Made by a program: the position numbers and the translations under genes. Below the pieces are notes generated by a model. It searched no databases and was not told where the DNA came from. It saw only the letters and a program-made list of their open reading frames with translations. A stretch of DNA of 64,000 bases. Origin: a candidate division FCPU426 bacterium. GTDB lineage: Bacteria; Oederibacteriota; Muellerivitia; Muellerivitales; Muellerivitaceae. Shown here piece after piece: positions 20,529 to 31,193 of this stretch. The stretch spans positions 160,001 to 224,000 of the forward strand of contig CAVYSE010000028.1 of NCBI GenBank assembly GCA_963771075.1, given 5' to 3'. Within the stretch, counting starts at the first letter, position 1; each line of letters starts with the position of its first letter.

Positions 20529-20933
20529 CTCCCAAAAGGCACCTTGGGATGCCGGTACCTTGTTCCATCGGGGTGGAAAAATCCAGGGATAGGGGATTAA
20601 TTCTTTGTTAAGCGAAGACGCTTGAAAAGGCGTCGGGTGATCCGGGGCCAATTTTTCCACCGATCGGTTACCATCCGGTCCGCTCGAGAAGTCTTTAGTC
20701 GCCCCTACGGGGAGTGATCCTGTGAGGCCAAACCCTCTCCCCATCAATTAGGGGCCGCCCCTCCCCTATCCTCCATCCGGTTGAAAAACGCGGGGCCGAC
20801 TGATATAGATGGAAGGGGCCCAGGGGCCATTTTCCGTTCCCTACCGGACAAATCCCGAGTGACTTGGATCGTTTCCCGAGATTTTGCGGCGCCTTGGTCG
20901 TTCATGAAACAATTTAAGGAAGGAACCACATCC

Positions 20934-21356
20934 ATGCCTGAAGGCGAATATCCCATCAAGCTCATATCCGTGGAGGAAGCCAATTTGCTCCTTCCCCGGA
21001 TACGCAGGGCCCTGGCTTCCCTGCGCGAACTTCGGCAAAGAGTCCTTCGAACCCAAGCCCAGATCGAGATCGAGGAGATGACGGGATCGGGGCCCGATCG
21101 GAATTTGTCCCCCTCCGCCGAGGCGGCCATCGCCAGCCAAATGGCCGGCCTGCAGGACTTAAGCCGCCACTTTGAGGGTTTGATGGAAGAGCTTCAATCC
21201 CAGGGCGCCTTTTTGAAGGACTTGGAAACCGGTTTGGTGGATTTTTACAGCCGCCGCGGCCCGGATATTATTTTCTTGTGCTGGAGGGAAGACGAGAAGG
21301 AAGTCGGCCATTGGCATCCCCTGGAAGGGGGATTCCGGAACCGCCAACCCCTCTAA
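20934..21356 (+). CDS. DUF2203-domain protein
   Basis: EEAN.LLP ... G..LKDL..GLVDF......I.LCW..E..V.HWH...GGF..R.PL; candidate promoter TTGAAA-N17-TATAGA at 20781-20809. Confidence 0.85.
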   Translation: MPEGEYPIKLISVEEANLLLPRIRRALASLRELRQRVLRTQAQIEIEEMTGSGPDRNLSPSAEAAIASQMAGLQDLSRHFEGLMEELQSQGAFLKDLETGLVDFYSRRGPDIIFLCWREDEKEVGHWHPLEGGFRNRQPL

Positions 21357-21486
21357 GCCGGCCTTTCCCGTCCGGGTTTAACCTAACCTCCCCTTCCCTT
21401 GCGAAAATCTTGCTCTTAAGATGGGGTGCTTTTGAAGCGTCCTTTCCTGTTGATGGAAGCCTCAATTAATCCCAAAGGGGAATTTT

Positions 21487-23490
21487 ATGCCTTCAAATTT
21501 CGACTCCGCCGACCAATCGGCCATTAATGCCATCCGCCTTCTGGCGGTGGATGCCACCCGCCAGGCCGGCTGCGGCCATCCCGGCATGCCCATGGGCATG
21601 GCCCCCGTCGCCCACGTGCTATGGTCGCGCTTCCTCAAGCACAACCCCTCCAATCCCCATTGGTTTAACCGGGACCGTTTCGTTCTTTCGGCGGGCCACG
21701 GTTCCATGCTCATATATTCCCTCCTGCACCTGCATGGCTACGGACTTTCTCTGGAGGACTTGAAAAATTTCCGCCAATGGGGCAGCAAGACCCCCGGCCA
21801 TCCCGAATACGGCCATACCGAAGGCGTGGAAACCACCACCGGCCCCCTTGGACAGGGTGTTGCGACCGCGGTGGGAATGGCCATGGCCGAGCGGATTCTC
21901 GCGGCCCGCTTCGGGGACGAGCTGGTCGACCACCGCACCTGGGTCATCGCCTCGGATGGCGACCTGGAGGAAGGGGTGTCCCACGAATCCTGTTCCCTGG
22001 CCGGGCACCTGAAGCTCTCCCGGCTCAAGTTGATCTACGACGATAACCACATTTCCATCGAGGGCGACACCAACCTGGCCTACAGCGAGGATGTTTTGAA
22101 ACGCTTCGAGTCCTACGGCTGGCATACCCTGCGGGTCACGGACGCCAACGACCTGGCCGAGGTGGAAAAGGCCATGGCGGAGGCGGTGGCCGAGAAGGAA
22201 AGGCCGACCCTCATTGCCGTCCGAAGCCACATCGGCTATGGCAGCCCCCTGCAGGACAACGCCAAGGTCCACGGCAGTGCCTTACCCCCGGATATGATCA
22301 AAGCCACCAAGGAATTCTTTAAATGGCCCCAGGAACCCGCTTTCTATATCCCTGAGGAAGCCAAAAAACGCTGTTTGGAATCGATGGAAAAAGGGAAAAA
22401 AGCCGAACAAGCCTGGAACCAAAAAAGGGACACCTACGCCAAGGCCGAACCGGAAAAGTTCCGCCCCTTTGAACAGGCTCTGGCCAAGGAACTGCCGAAG
22501 GATTTGGACTCCAAGCTTCCGGTCTTCCCCGCGGACGAGAAGGGACTGGCCACCCGATCGGCTTCCGGCAAGGTCCTGAACGCCATCGCGAAGGAAGTTC
22601 CTTATTTTTATGGGGGCTCAGCCGACCTGGCGGGTTCCAATGACACGACGATCGAGGGCGGCGGGGATTTCCTGGCCGGCCAATACCAGAACCGTATTTT
22701 CCATTTCGGCATCCGGGAACACGCGATGGCCGCCGCCTTGAACGGCATGGCCCTGCACGGGGGAGTGATCCCCTTCGGCGGGACCTTCCTGATGTTCAAC
22801 GACTATATGAAGCCCGCCTACCGGCTGGCCCACCTGATGGGCATTCAATCCATCTTCGTCTTCACTCACGATTCCATCGGCCAGGGTGAGGACGGCCCTA
22901 CCCACCAACCGGTCGAAACCCTTGCCGCCATGAGATCCATCCCCCATTCCTGCGTTATCCGCCCCGCCGACGCGAACGAGGTTACCTACGCCTGGAAAGT
23001 GGCCCTTGAGCGCAAGAACGCTCCGACCACCCTAGTCTTGACCCGACAAGCCGTTCCTATTTTCGACCGCTCCAAGTTGTCGCCCGCTTCGGGCCTCTTA
23101 CAAGGCGCCTATGTCCTGTCCGAAGCCAGGGAGGGCAAACCGCAGGTGATTCTCATCGGAACCGGTTCGGAGGTTCAACTTTGCCTCAAGGCCCAGGAAA
23201 TACTGGAAAAGGACCGCATCCCAACCCGGGTCGTGAGCGCTCCCTCCCTGGAACTTTTCTCAGCCCAATCGGATGACTACCGTGAGCAGGTGCTTCCTTC
23301 CGCGGTCAGGGCCCGCGTGGTCGTGGAAGCCGCGACTCAATTCGGTTGGCACCGCTGGGCGGGGGACAAGGGCCGATTCGTGACCCTGGAGCGGTTCGGC
23401 GCGAGCGCGCCCGGGCCCGTGGTTATGAAGAACCTGGGTTTCACCCCCGAAAAGGTGGTGGAAGCCGCAAAGGACAGCCTCAAAAGCTGA
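21487..23490 (+). CDS. tkt: Transketolase
   Basis: [55 protein letters not shown]. Confidence 0.98.
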   Translation: MPSNFDSADQSAINAIRLLAVDATRQAGCGHPGMPMGMAPVAHVLWSRFLKHNPSNPHWFNRDRFVLSAGHGSMLIYSLLHLHGYGLSLEDLKNFRQWGSKTPGHPEYGHTEGVETTTGPLGQGVATAVGMAMAERILAARFGDELVDHRTWVIASDGDLEEGVSHESCSLAGHLKLSRLKLIYDDNHISIEGDTNLAYSEDVLKRFESYGWHTLRVTDANDLAEVEKAMAEAVAEKERPTLIAVRSHIGYGSPLQDNAKVHGSALPPDMIKATKEFFKWPQEPAFYIPEEAKKRCLESMEKGKKAEQAWNQKRDTYAKAEPEKFRPFEQALAKELPKDLDSKLPVFPADEKGLATRSASGKVLNAIAKEVPYFYGGSADLAGSNDTTIEGGGDFLAGQYQNRIFHFGIREHAMAAALNGMALHGGVIPFGGTFLMFNDYMKPAYRLAHLMGIQSIFVFTHDSIGQGEDGPTHQPVETLAAMRSIPHSCVIRPADANEVTYAWKVALERKNAPTTLVLTRQAVPIFDRSKLSPASGLLQGAYVLSEAREGKPQVILIGTGSEVQLCLKAQEILEKDRIPTRVVSAPSLELFSAQSDDYREQVLPSAVRARVVVEAATQFGWHRWAGDKGRFVTLERFGASAPGPVVMKNLGFTPEKVVEAAKDSLKS

Positions 23491-23526
23491 CCGCATAACC
23501 TTGATTCCCATATATGAAAGTACGGC

Positions 23527-24102
23527 ATGTTCACCACCAGCCACGCCATCCTCAACTCCGCCCTATTAGGCCGGAAGGATAAGCCCGGTCGTCATGGACC
23601 CGCCTTTTGGGGAGCGGTGGCCCCAGACCTGCCGATGCTCCTTTTTTTCTTCCTCATTCCGGCCCTGGGCCATCTGGCCCATCTTTCCCTTCCCAACCGG
23701 TTTTATTACTTTCCCTATTACCGTTCCTTTATTGACTGGGCCCATTCCGTTCCCCTGGCCCTAGCCGGCTTTCTCCTGTTCCTTTGGCTCAAGAAAGAAT
23801 GGGGATGGATCTTTTTCCTAAGCATGTTCTTGCACGACCTGGAGGATTTTTTCGTCCACGCAACCTACCCCCACGAGCATTTCCTGCCCTTCAGCCACTG
23901 GAAATTTTATGGTCCCCTGTCTTATTTCGATCCCGCCTATCACGGGGCTGTTGTGGCCCCCATCGAATGGGCTTTGGTGATTCTTTGTTCCTGGATTCTG
24001 TATAAAAGGGACGTTCAACCCCGGGTTCAGCTTCTCCTCTTAACGGTCGTCATTTTCCAGGGAACCTGGTTGGTCTACGCATTCACAAGTTTTCACTGGT
24101 AG
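23527..24102 (+). CDS. Membrane-bound metal-dependent hydrolase-like protein
   Basis: M.T.SH, G...PD, HS, H...D...H motifs within TM segments. Confidence 0.65.
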   Translation: MFTTSHAILNSALLGRKDKPGRHGPAFWGAVAPDLPMLLFFFLIPALGHLAHLSLPNRFYYFPYYRSFIDWAHSVPLALAGFLLFLWLKKEWGWIFFLSMFLHDLEDFFVHATYPHEHFLPFSHWKFYGPLSYFDPAYHGAVVAPIEWALVILCSWILYKRDVQPRVQLLLLTVVIFQGTWLVYAFTSFHW

Positions 24103-24215
24103 TTTTTCACCCCAATAAGTCTTTCGAATTGAGGGTGATCAATTTAAGCTTGAATTTGAATTGCCGAATGTGGGAAAGTCCCGCAGGATTATTTCACTTC
24201 AACCGGGGGGATTTC

Positions 24216-24815
24216 ATGAAAGTGGTTTGCTTTGACTTGGAGGGTGTGCTAATCCCTGAATTTTGGGAGGAGTTCTCGAAATTCACGGGGATTCCCGAAC
24301 TCATGAAAACGACCCGGGACGAGCCCGATTACGACAAACTGATGAGGATGCGGATCGGGATATTGAAAGAACACAACCTGGGCATCAAGGAAATCCACCA
24401 AATCGTCTCAAAGATGGAAGCCTTGGAAGGCGCCAAGGAATTTTTGGACTGGTTGAGGACCAGGGCGCAGGTGGCCATATTGACCGGAAGCTTTTACGAC
24501 TACATCGATCCGCTTATCGAAAAAATTGGAAATCCCTTCACCTTCGCCAACTCCCTGGTTCTCGACCCAAAGGGGATGGTTGTGGATTACAAGCTCCGGG
24601 AGCCGGACGGTAAAATTGAGGTCATTAAGCGCTTCAAGGAAACTGGGTTCGGCACCATCGCAGTGGGGGATTCCTTCAATGACGTCAAGATGCTCAAGGA
24701 AGCCGATACGGGTATCCTCTTCAAGGCCTGCGAGGCGCTGAAACAGCAGGAACCCCAAATGCGTCGGGCGGAATCCTATGAGGAATTAAAAGGGATATTG
24801 GAACAACTCCTTTAA
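24216..24815 (+). CDS. thrH: Phosphoserine phosphatase / homoserine phosphotransferase ThrH
   Basis: DLEGVL.PE.W, TTRDEPDYD.LM..R, GDS.ND..ML HAD motifs. Confidence 0.9.
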   Translation: MKVVCFDLEGVLIPEFWEEFSKFTGIPELMKTTRDEPDYDKLMRMRIGILKEHNLGIKEIHQIVSKMEALEGAKEFLDWLRTRAQVAILTGSFYDYIDPLIEKIGNPFTFANSLVLDPKGMVVDYKLREPDGKIEVIKRFKETGFGTIAVGDSFNDVKMLKEADTGILFKACEALKQQEPQMRRAESYEELKGILEQLL

Positions 24816-24823
24816 GAATGTCG

Positions 24824-24851
24824 GGAACAAATTCAACGAAATCGTGTCCAA
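24824..24851 (+). promoter_or_regulatory. Candidate ECF-sigma promoter upstream of the DUF4139 gene
   Basis: GGAAC-N17-GTCCAA. Confidence 0.4.
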
Positions 24852-24889
24852 TCCTATAAAGACGGGCCAATATCCGGAGGGGGTTTTCC

Positions 24890-26260
24890 ATGAGAATCGC
24901 TTACATCTTGCTTTGTTTGATTCCCTCGCTTGGGTTCAGCGAAGTGGCTGTGACGGCCTACAACGACAACTTGGGGGTCATTCGGGAAACCCGGCCCTTT
25001 GAGTTGAAAGAAGGAACCCAGGCCCTTCGATTCCAGGATGTGGCCTCCCAGATCGACCCCACCTCCGTGGCCCTCAATGGCCCCGAGGGATTCCAGGTGC
25101 TGGAGCAGAATTACGATTACGACCTGGTCTCTTCCGACGTCCTCCTCCAAAAATACATTGGCGAAACCCTTTCAGGCTTCGACAAGGCCGGCAAGGCGTA
25201 CGAGGGAAAGCTTTTTTCCTTCGATGGGAACCAGTTGGTCCTGGGACTCAAGGACGGCGGGGTACAGATGCTCAACCGTTCCGAACTGGTGCGCCTCGAT
25301 TTTCCCGACCTTCCCGGAGGCTTGATCCTTAAACCCACCTTGGTTTGGAAGGTTAACTCCCCCTTATCGGGCGAGAAACCCCTGACCCTCACCTACATGA
25401 CCACGGGCTTGAGCTGGCATTGCGAGTACGTCGCCAAGGTGTCGCCGGACGAGAAAAAACTGGACTTGAACGGCTGGGTATCGCTGGATAACCAGTCCGG
25501 GGCCAGTTATAAGGAAGCCCGCCTGAAGCTCGTGGCGGGGGATGTGAACCGCGTTCAAGCGCCTCCCCGCCCGATGATGATGAAGGCCATGGCTGCCATG
25601 CCCATGGCTGACGGCAATGTCCAATTCGAGGAAAAATCCTTTTTTGAGTACCACCTCTATACCCTCCAGCAACCTACGGACCTTTTGGATAAGCAGGTCA
25701 AGCAGGTTCAATTGCTCCAGGCTTCCAGCGTTCCCGTGCAAAAGAAATACACTTACGACGGAAGCCGGGACGATAAAAAGGTCAAGGTCACGTTGGAACT
25801 GGATAACAAAGAGGCCAACGGCATGGGCATGCCCTTGCCTGCGGGAAAGATCCGGGTCTATAAAGCCGACACCGACAAGACCGACCAATTCATTGGGGAG
25901 GATTCTATCGACCACACCCCCAAGGACGAAAAGGTTCGGGTGAACATGGGCAACGCCTTCGATGTGGTGGGGGAACGGAAGGTCATGGCGGTGCGTCGCG
26001 CCGGGTCCCAAACCAACGAACAGGACATCGCGATCACACTGCGCAACCATAAGAAAGATGACATCCAGGTCGTGGTGACCGAGCATGCTTGGGGCGATTG
26101 GCAGGTGACCCGGAAAAGCCAGGCTTTCCGCAAGAAAGACGCTTCCACCCTCGAGTTCGACGTGCCAGTCGCGGCCGATGGAACCGCCACGGTTACCTAC
26201 ACCCTCCACATCGGCACCCTGGAAGGCCCCCAACCGGCCGATGCCCCGGATAACCCTTAA
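24890..26260 (+). CDS. DUF4139-domain secreted protein
   Basis: Signal peptide; EQNYDYDL, GLSW...Y, N.SG..Y..A.LKLVAGDVNRV, EYHLY, GMPLPAG..RVY, I.HTPKDE. Confidence 0.88.
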   Translation: MRIAYILLCLIPSLGFSEVAVTAYNDNLGVIRETRPFELKEGTQALRFQDVASQIDPTSVALNGPEGFQVLEQNYDYDLVSSDVLLQKYIGETLSGFDKAGKAYEGKLFSFDGNQLVLGLKDGGVQMLNRSELVRLDFPDLPGGLILKPTLVWKVNSPLSGEKPLTLTYMTTGLSWHCEYVAKVSPDEKKLDLNGWVSLDNQSGASYKEARLKLVAGDVNRVQAPPRPMMMKAMAAMPMADGNVQFEEKSFFEYHLYTLQQPTDLLDKQVKQVQLLQASSVPVQKKYTYDGSRDDKKVKVTLELDNKEANGMGMPLPAGKIRVYKADTDKTDQFIGEDSIDHTPKDEKVRVNMGNAFDVVGERKVMAVRRAGSQTNEQDIAITLRNHKKDDIQVVVTEHAWGDWQVTRKSQAFRKKDASTLEFDVPVAADGTATVTYTLHIGTLEGPQPADAPDNP

Positions 26261-26335
26261 TTTAAGCCGCTATTTCCCAGTGTTTTATTAACTTCCCTTA
26301 CTCATCTTGAACGCCCTTTTGCCGTTAGGTTCTTT

Positions 26336-28852
26336 ATGCGGTTGCGTCCAATCCCAAAATTTATCAGTCGATTATTTCCCGTCCTGATTCTGATTTTCCT
26401 CGGTACGGCTCCACCCGTCCAGGCTGGAATTTCCAGCCAAGGGACCGACTTTTGGGTCACCTTTCCCCAGGGTGTCAGCGCCAATGACATGCAATTATTC
26501 ATCACCAGTGCGTTGGGAGCCTCCGTTACCATCCAGGCCCCGGGCCCGGGTTTTAACACAACCGCGACCGTGGCCCCGGGCGGCGCGGCCACCATCCTTC
26601 TCCCCCCCTCGCTCGAAGCCACCGCCACCGACGGGATCCAATCCATCGGAATTCAAGTGACCGCCTCGAACCTGATATCCCTGTATGGTTTTAATTACAT
26701 CCCCCAGGGGACGGGCGCTTTCCTGGCCCTTCCCGTGGAGGCTCTGGGGACCCGTTATTTGGTTTCTTCTTATTACAACGAATCGTATGAAGGCAACTCG
26801 ATCCTGGGGAGCGAGTTCGCGGTCGTGGCCGCCCAGGACTGCACCCACGTCACCATCACGCCCCGGGTTAACTTGGGAACCCACCTCGCCAATACCCCTT
26901 ACGGAGTGACGTTGGGGCAGGGCCAGGTTTACCAGCTTCAAGACCAGCTGTTGAACACGGACCTGACGGGCACCCTCATTACTTCGGATAATCCCGTGGC
27001 CGTCATCGGCGGACACCTCTGTGCCTACGTGCCGCTCTATACCCCATCCTGCAACCTTCTTGTCCAGCAGTTCTGGCCCACGCAATGGTGCGGCACCCGT
27101 TTCGTGACCATGCCCTTCTACTCCAGGTCGAACGGGGACACCTTCCGGGTCCTGGCCACGGCCGACGGGACCAGCGTTCAAATCAACGGGATGATCGCCA
27201 GCTTGAACCAGGGCCAATGGTACGAGACCACCGCCAGCGTTCCCCTCTACGTCACCGCCAATAATCCGGTCTACCTGGTTCAATACGCCAACGGCCAGGA
27301 ATGGGACGGCGATCCGAACGCGGACCCCACCATGATTTCCATCCCGCCCATCAGCGAGTTCGCCTCGAATTACCAGGTGGCCAACGAGTCCCTGAGCTTC
27401 ACCGGTAATTACGAGAACCTGCTGGCGCCCACCGCATCGGCGGCTTCCATCTCCATTGACGGGACGGCCTTTCCTTCCGCTTATTGGACCCCCATTCCCG
27501 GGAGCGGCTATTCGGGGATTCAAGTTTCGGTGGCCGTGGGTGTACAACGTTCGACCGGACCCGTCCCCTTTGGGGTGATCGCCTATGGTTTCGGTTCCGC
27601 CGACGCTTATGGCTATCCGGGCGGGGTTTCTTTCACCAGCAACACACCGGTTCCCACCCAAACGCCCGGGGCGCCTTGCTTTACCCTCACCTTCAGCCCC
27701 ACCCCCTCGATGACCTCCACATCCACCCCCAGCCTTTCCCCGACCATTACGCAAACCCGCACAGCCACCTCTTCCCCTACCCCAACCTCAACGCCCACTT
27801 CAACGCGTACTCCCACCCTAACCTTCACCCGCACCTTCACCTCCACCCCCACCGTTACTTCCACTCCCAAGTTCACGTCCAGCCCTACCATCACGGGCAC
27901 CCCAACCGATTCCCCAACTCCTACCGAGACGACCACGGTAACCCTTTCCCCGACATTCACTCCCACGGGCACCTGTACCCCCACCCTCACTCTGACGCAA
28001 AGCCCCACACCTTCCAATACTTCAACCTGGACTTCGACTTTTACCCCAACGGGAACACCCACCTTCTCCCCAACTCCCACGACAACACCATCCATCACGG
28101 TTAGCCCCAGCCCTACCCCTACGGGTTCTCCCACCTCAAGCTGGACCCCATCTTCCACCCCAACTCCCAGCCTAACGCCAAGCCCAAGTTCCACTATTAC
28201 CGGCATTTTCACGGAGACCTATACTCCGGCGATTACCGTAACTTTGAGCTCAACGCCCTCTCCAACCTTTACCCTTTCGGCATCCCTTACCCCCAGTTGG
28301 ACCCTATTCACTGCGACTCCAACCCGGACAGCAAGCCCTACCCCCACTCTTATCCCTACCTTATCAAATACGATCACCGACAGCCCCACCGGAACGCCCT
28401 CGCCCATTCCCACAACCACTTCCCCACCCTCTCCGATGCCGACCTCAACTTCGGACCCTACCTTAACCCCAACCTCATCGGCCACTGTTTATCCCTTTCC
28501 AACCCCATCCGCCACTCCCACGCCAAACGACTCGGTGACGACTGCAGCTTCCCCCACCTCCACGCCCAATTGGAATACTTGCCCGATCGAAGTATGGCCC
28601 GACCCCTTCAACCCTGACCATGCGGTGGGAGGCGTATTGAAGGTGTCTTGTCTGCCCCCCGGTGCTTATGTGGATTTCTACACCGTCTCGGGTGAAAGGG
28701 TTCAACGGGTCCAGGAAACCAACGGATTGGCCCTGTGGAGCGGGCTCAACCGGTATGGTTCTCCCGTCTCAAGCGGAATTTATTACTACGTTGTTATTTC
28801 TGGCGGAAATACGCTTCTGGAGGGAAAAATTCTTCTGTCGAGGAACGAATAG
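26336..28852 (+). CDS. Secreted surface protein: IgGFc-binding N domain, long Thr/Ser/Pro linker, C-terminal T9SS-CTD/FlgD-like domain
   Basis: [48 protein letters not shown]-terminus WPDPFNP...YTVSGE.V...W.G.N..G..V.SGIYY. Confidence 0.85.
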   Translation: MRLRPIPKFISRLFPVLILIFLGTAPPVQAGISSQGTDFWVTFPQGVSANDMQLFITSALGASVTIQAPGPGFNTTATVAPGGAATILLPPSLEATATDGIQSIGIQVTASNLISLYGFNYIPQGTGAFLALPVEALGTRYLVSSYYNESYEGNSILGSEFAVVAAQDCTHVTITPRVNLGTHLANTPYGVTLGQGQVYQLQDQLLNTDLTGTLITSDNPVAVIGGHLCAYVPLYTPSCNLLVQQFWPTQWCGTRFVTMPFYSRSNGDTFRVLATADGTSVQINGMIASLNQGQWYETTASVPLYVTANNPVYLVQYANGQEWDGDPNADPTMISIPPISEFASNYQVANESLSFTGNYENLLAPTASAASISIDGTAFPSAYWTPIPGSGYSGIQVSVAVGVQRSTGPVPFGVIAYGFGSADAYGYPGGVSFTSNTPVPTQTPGAPCFTLTFSPTPSMTSTSTPSLSPTITQTRTATSSPTPTSTPTSTRTPTLTFTRTFTSTPTVTSTPKFTSSPTITGTPTDSPTPTETTTVTLSPTFTPTGTCTPTLTLTQSPTPSNTSTWTSTFTPTGTPTFSPTPTTTPSITVSPSPTPTGSPTSSWTPSSTPTPSLTPSPSSTITGIFTETYTPAITVTLSSTPSPTFTLSASLTPSWTLFTATPTRTASPTPTLIPTLSNTITDSPTGTPSPIPTTTSPPSPMPTSTSDPTLTPTSSATVYPFPTPSATPTPNDSVTTAASPTSTPNWNTCPIEVWPDPFNPDHAVGGVLKVSCLPPGAYVDFYTVSGERVQRVQETNGLALWSGLNRYGSPVSSGIYYYVVISGGNTLLEGKILLSRNE

Positions 28853-28893
28853 TGGGGGGAAAGCCGGAAACCGAAACGCCCGGAAATCCATCC

Positions 28894-29779
28894 CTACTTT
28901 TTCAGCTTTTTCCCCGCGGCGGCGTCCAGCAAAAAGTCGAACTGGCCATCCGTGGGGCGGATGTATTGGATCGGATATTTCGGAGGGTCCTTCGGGCCTT
29001 CCAAAACTTCCTTCACCCTCTCCGCTTTCTTGTCCCCTTCCACCAGGACCATCACCATGCGGGCGGCGTTCAAAACCGGAAGGGTCAGGGTCACCCTTTC
29101 CTTGCGTTCGGCATCGACCTGATAACCCACCACCCATTTATCCGTCTCGTTCAGGTACTGCACGCCGGGAAACAGGCTGGCGGTATGTCCGTCCTCGCCC
29201 ATTCCTAAAAGGACAAGGTCAAACCTGTGGAATTTTGGTTTCCGTCCCGAAAAATTTCAATAGCCTCGTTTCATAAGCCGAAGCCGCCTGGTCCACCGGC
29301 AAAACGCCCTTGGTCATGGGAAAAATATTTTCCTTGGGGATTTTCACCTTGGACAAGAAGGATTCCTGGGCCATCCGGTAGTTGCTGTCCGGGTGGTCCA
29401 AGGGCACATGGCGTTCGTCCACCCAGAACACGAAGGTCTTTTCCCAGGGCATGAGGTTCAAGACCGGCTCCTCGGTGAGCTGCTGGAACAATCCCTTGGG
29501 AGTGGTTCCCCCCGAGAGGGCCAGAATAAACCTTCCCCGGGCATCCACCGCTTCCCGGGCCCGCATCATCACGACCGGAGCGGCTTCCTCGAACAAAATT
29601 TCCTTCGTGGGATAAACCCGGACTTCGGGGTTAAATACGGGAACCTTCGGCCTCGATGGGGTTTTGGGGGTGTCTTTTAACGCGCGGGAATGGGGTATCT
29701 TTTTTACGACGGTCATTTTATTTTTGGCTTTGGGTTGGCTTTTCTTCTTGAGGACGACGGCTTTCTTGGCTGGGCTCAT
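28894..29779 (-). CDS. pgl: 6-phosphogluconolactonase (one +1 indel near 29227)
   Basis: ALSGGTTP, DERHVP.DHPDSNY; after the shift FDLVLLGMGEDGHTASLFPG and RVTLTLP.LN. Confidence 0.9.
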
Positions 29780-29945
29780 ATTTTCATTTCCCCCGGGAAC
29801 AGGAAGGGCCGGGCCTGAACTCCCGAATCCAACGGCCCGGCGGGGGATAGGGGAAAAGGAGGAGGCAACCTCCTAACCTTCGCATTGTAGCAACGGGAAG
29901 AGCCCCATTCCAACCGGCGGAGGGCTTGTCGAGGCGATTGTTCCG

Positions 29946-31049
29946 TTAAATCCGTGCCTTTTCCAGTATGGAGCTCGCCACTTTCATCATCTTTTCAAAA
30001 GCGGTGTCGGTTTCCAAATGCCGCAAGCCCAGGGAGAGCAGCTCATAGGTGTGCAGGTGCTCGAAAGTGACCGTGCGCGAGAAGGTCGTCCGGCTTTCCA
30101 CCTGGGCCCGGGCCTTGACGCTAAAGGGATCCTCCGCCCGGTCCACGGTGAAAAGGCCGGGTTTGTCCCCGCCCGTGGCGAGACCGACGGAATAAATACG
30201 GTCCTTGAGTTCGTCCTGGACGGGAACAGGTTCAAGTCTCACGAAGACCTCGCCCTGGGGCCCGTTAAATTTCAACTCTTTCGGATTGGAAGCGATCGGG
30301 GGACCCGCGTAACGCCATCCCAGCTGGGCGGCCAGCCAGCAGGCCAGGTAAAAGGGCCTCACGGGTTGGGCCGGAGCCCCGAACTTCACGGTGACTTCCC
30401 TTATCCGGGGAAGGTATTGGGCCCACTCCCCGTCGAACAATTCGGCGATGAGCGCCCGCCAGCGGTTCAGCCTCACCCAGTTCAGGTCCCCCAGGTGGAC
30501 GCGAGGATAGGTCCCCTTCCAGGTTTCGGCGAGGGTCACCAGTTGATTCACGAAGCCAGCGAAGCGGGAGGAATCCACCCAGACCCGGGTGGATTCTCCG
30601 GCCATCTGGCTGAAAAAGGGATGACGGGGTGCCAGGGCCCCCGGCCACCAGAATTCCACCGGGAGATCGGGCAATAGGTTCGAGAAGGCCAGCCCGTAAA
30701 GATGTTCCATGGCGTCGGGCCGGGCCACCAGCTGCACCAGCTCGCAGCAAACCCTTTTCTCTCGCTCTTGGAACAGGAAACAATGGCCAGAAAGCATGGG
30801 CGTGACGGAGGGAAGGGGTTCCTCACCGTCCTCTTCCCCCGGGCGCACCAATAGATACCGGCCCGGGTGGATCTCCGCCAGGTGGTGCAGGGTCCTTTCC
30901 ACCCGGAAGGCATCCGTGGGGTTCTCGGTGTAGGACACCAGGTTGGTGGTATAGACCCGCTGAAGCCCCAGGTCCTTTTCCTTATCCCCGGGCAGGGCCT
31001 TCCATAATTCGGCCAGGTCCTTCTCGATCCGCTGGGCTGTTAACGCCAT
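29946..31049 (-). CDS. opcA: Glucose-6-phosphate dehydrogenase assembly protein OpcA
   Basis: HPGR, LLPDLPV..WWPG, VDSS, DLNW.RL..WR, WLAAQLGW; located between zwf and pgl. Confidence 0.88.
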   Translation of the reverse strand: MALTAQRIEKDLAELWKALPGDKEKDLGLQRVYTTNLVSYTENPTDAFRVERTLHHLAEIHPGRYLLVRPGEEDGEEPLPSVTPMLSGHCFLFQEREKRVCCELVQLVARPDAMEHLYGLAFSNLLPDLPVEFWWPGALAPRHPFFSQMAGESTRVWVDSSRFAGFVNQLVTLAETWKGTYPRVHLGDLNWVRLNRWRALIAELFDGEWAQYLPRIREVTVKFGAPAQPVRPFYLACWLAAQLGWRYAGPPIASNPKELKFNGPQGEVFVRLEPVPVQDELKDRIYSVGLATGGDKPGLFTVDRAEDPFSVKARAQVESRTTFSRTVTFEHLHTYELLSLGLRHLETDTAFEKMMKVASSILEKARI

Positions 31050-31193
31050 AAAACACCTCGAAAGTCAGTCCGCAGCCGGCAATCCACTGCCGACAAAGAC
31101 AAAACGTTCTATTAGATTTTCTTTGCGGTCACCGCAAAGGTGACGGTTTTTCTCTTTTCCTGTCGACTGTCAACTGCGAACTGCCAACTTCCT

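Noticed and set aside
27640..28570. CRISPR or DNA tandem repeat in the low-complexity C/A-rich tract
   Set aside because: The periodicity comes from Thr/Ser/Pro codons with varied third bases; there are no identical repeats with spacers.
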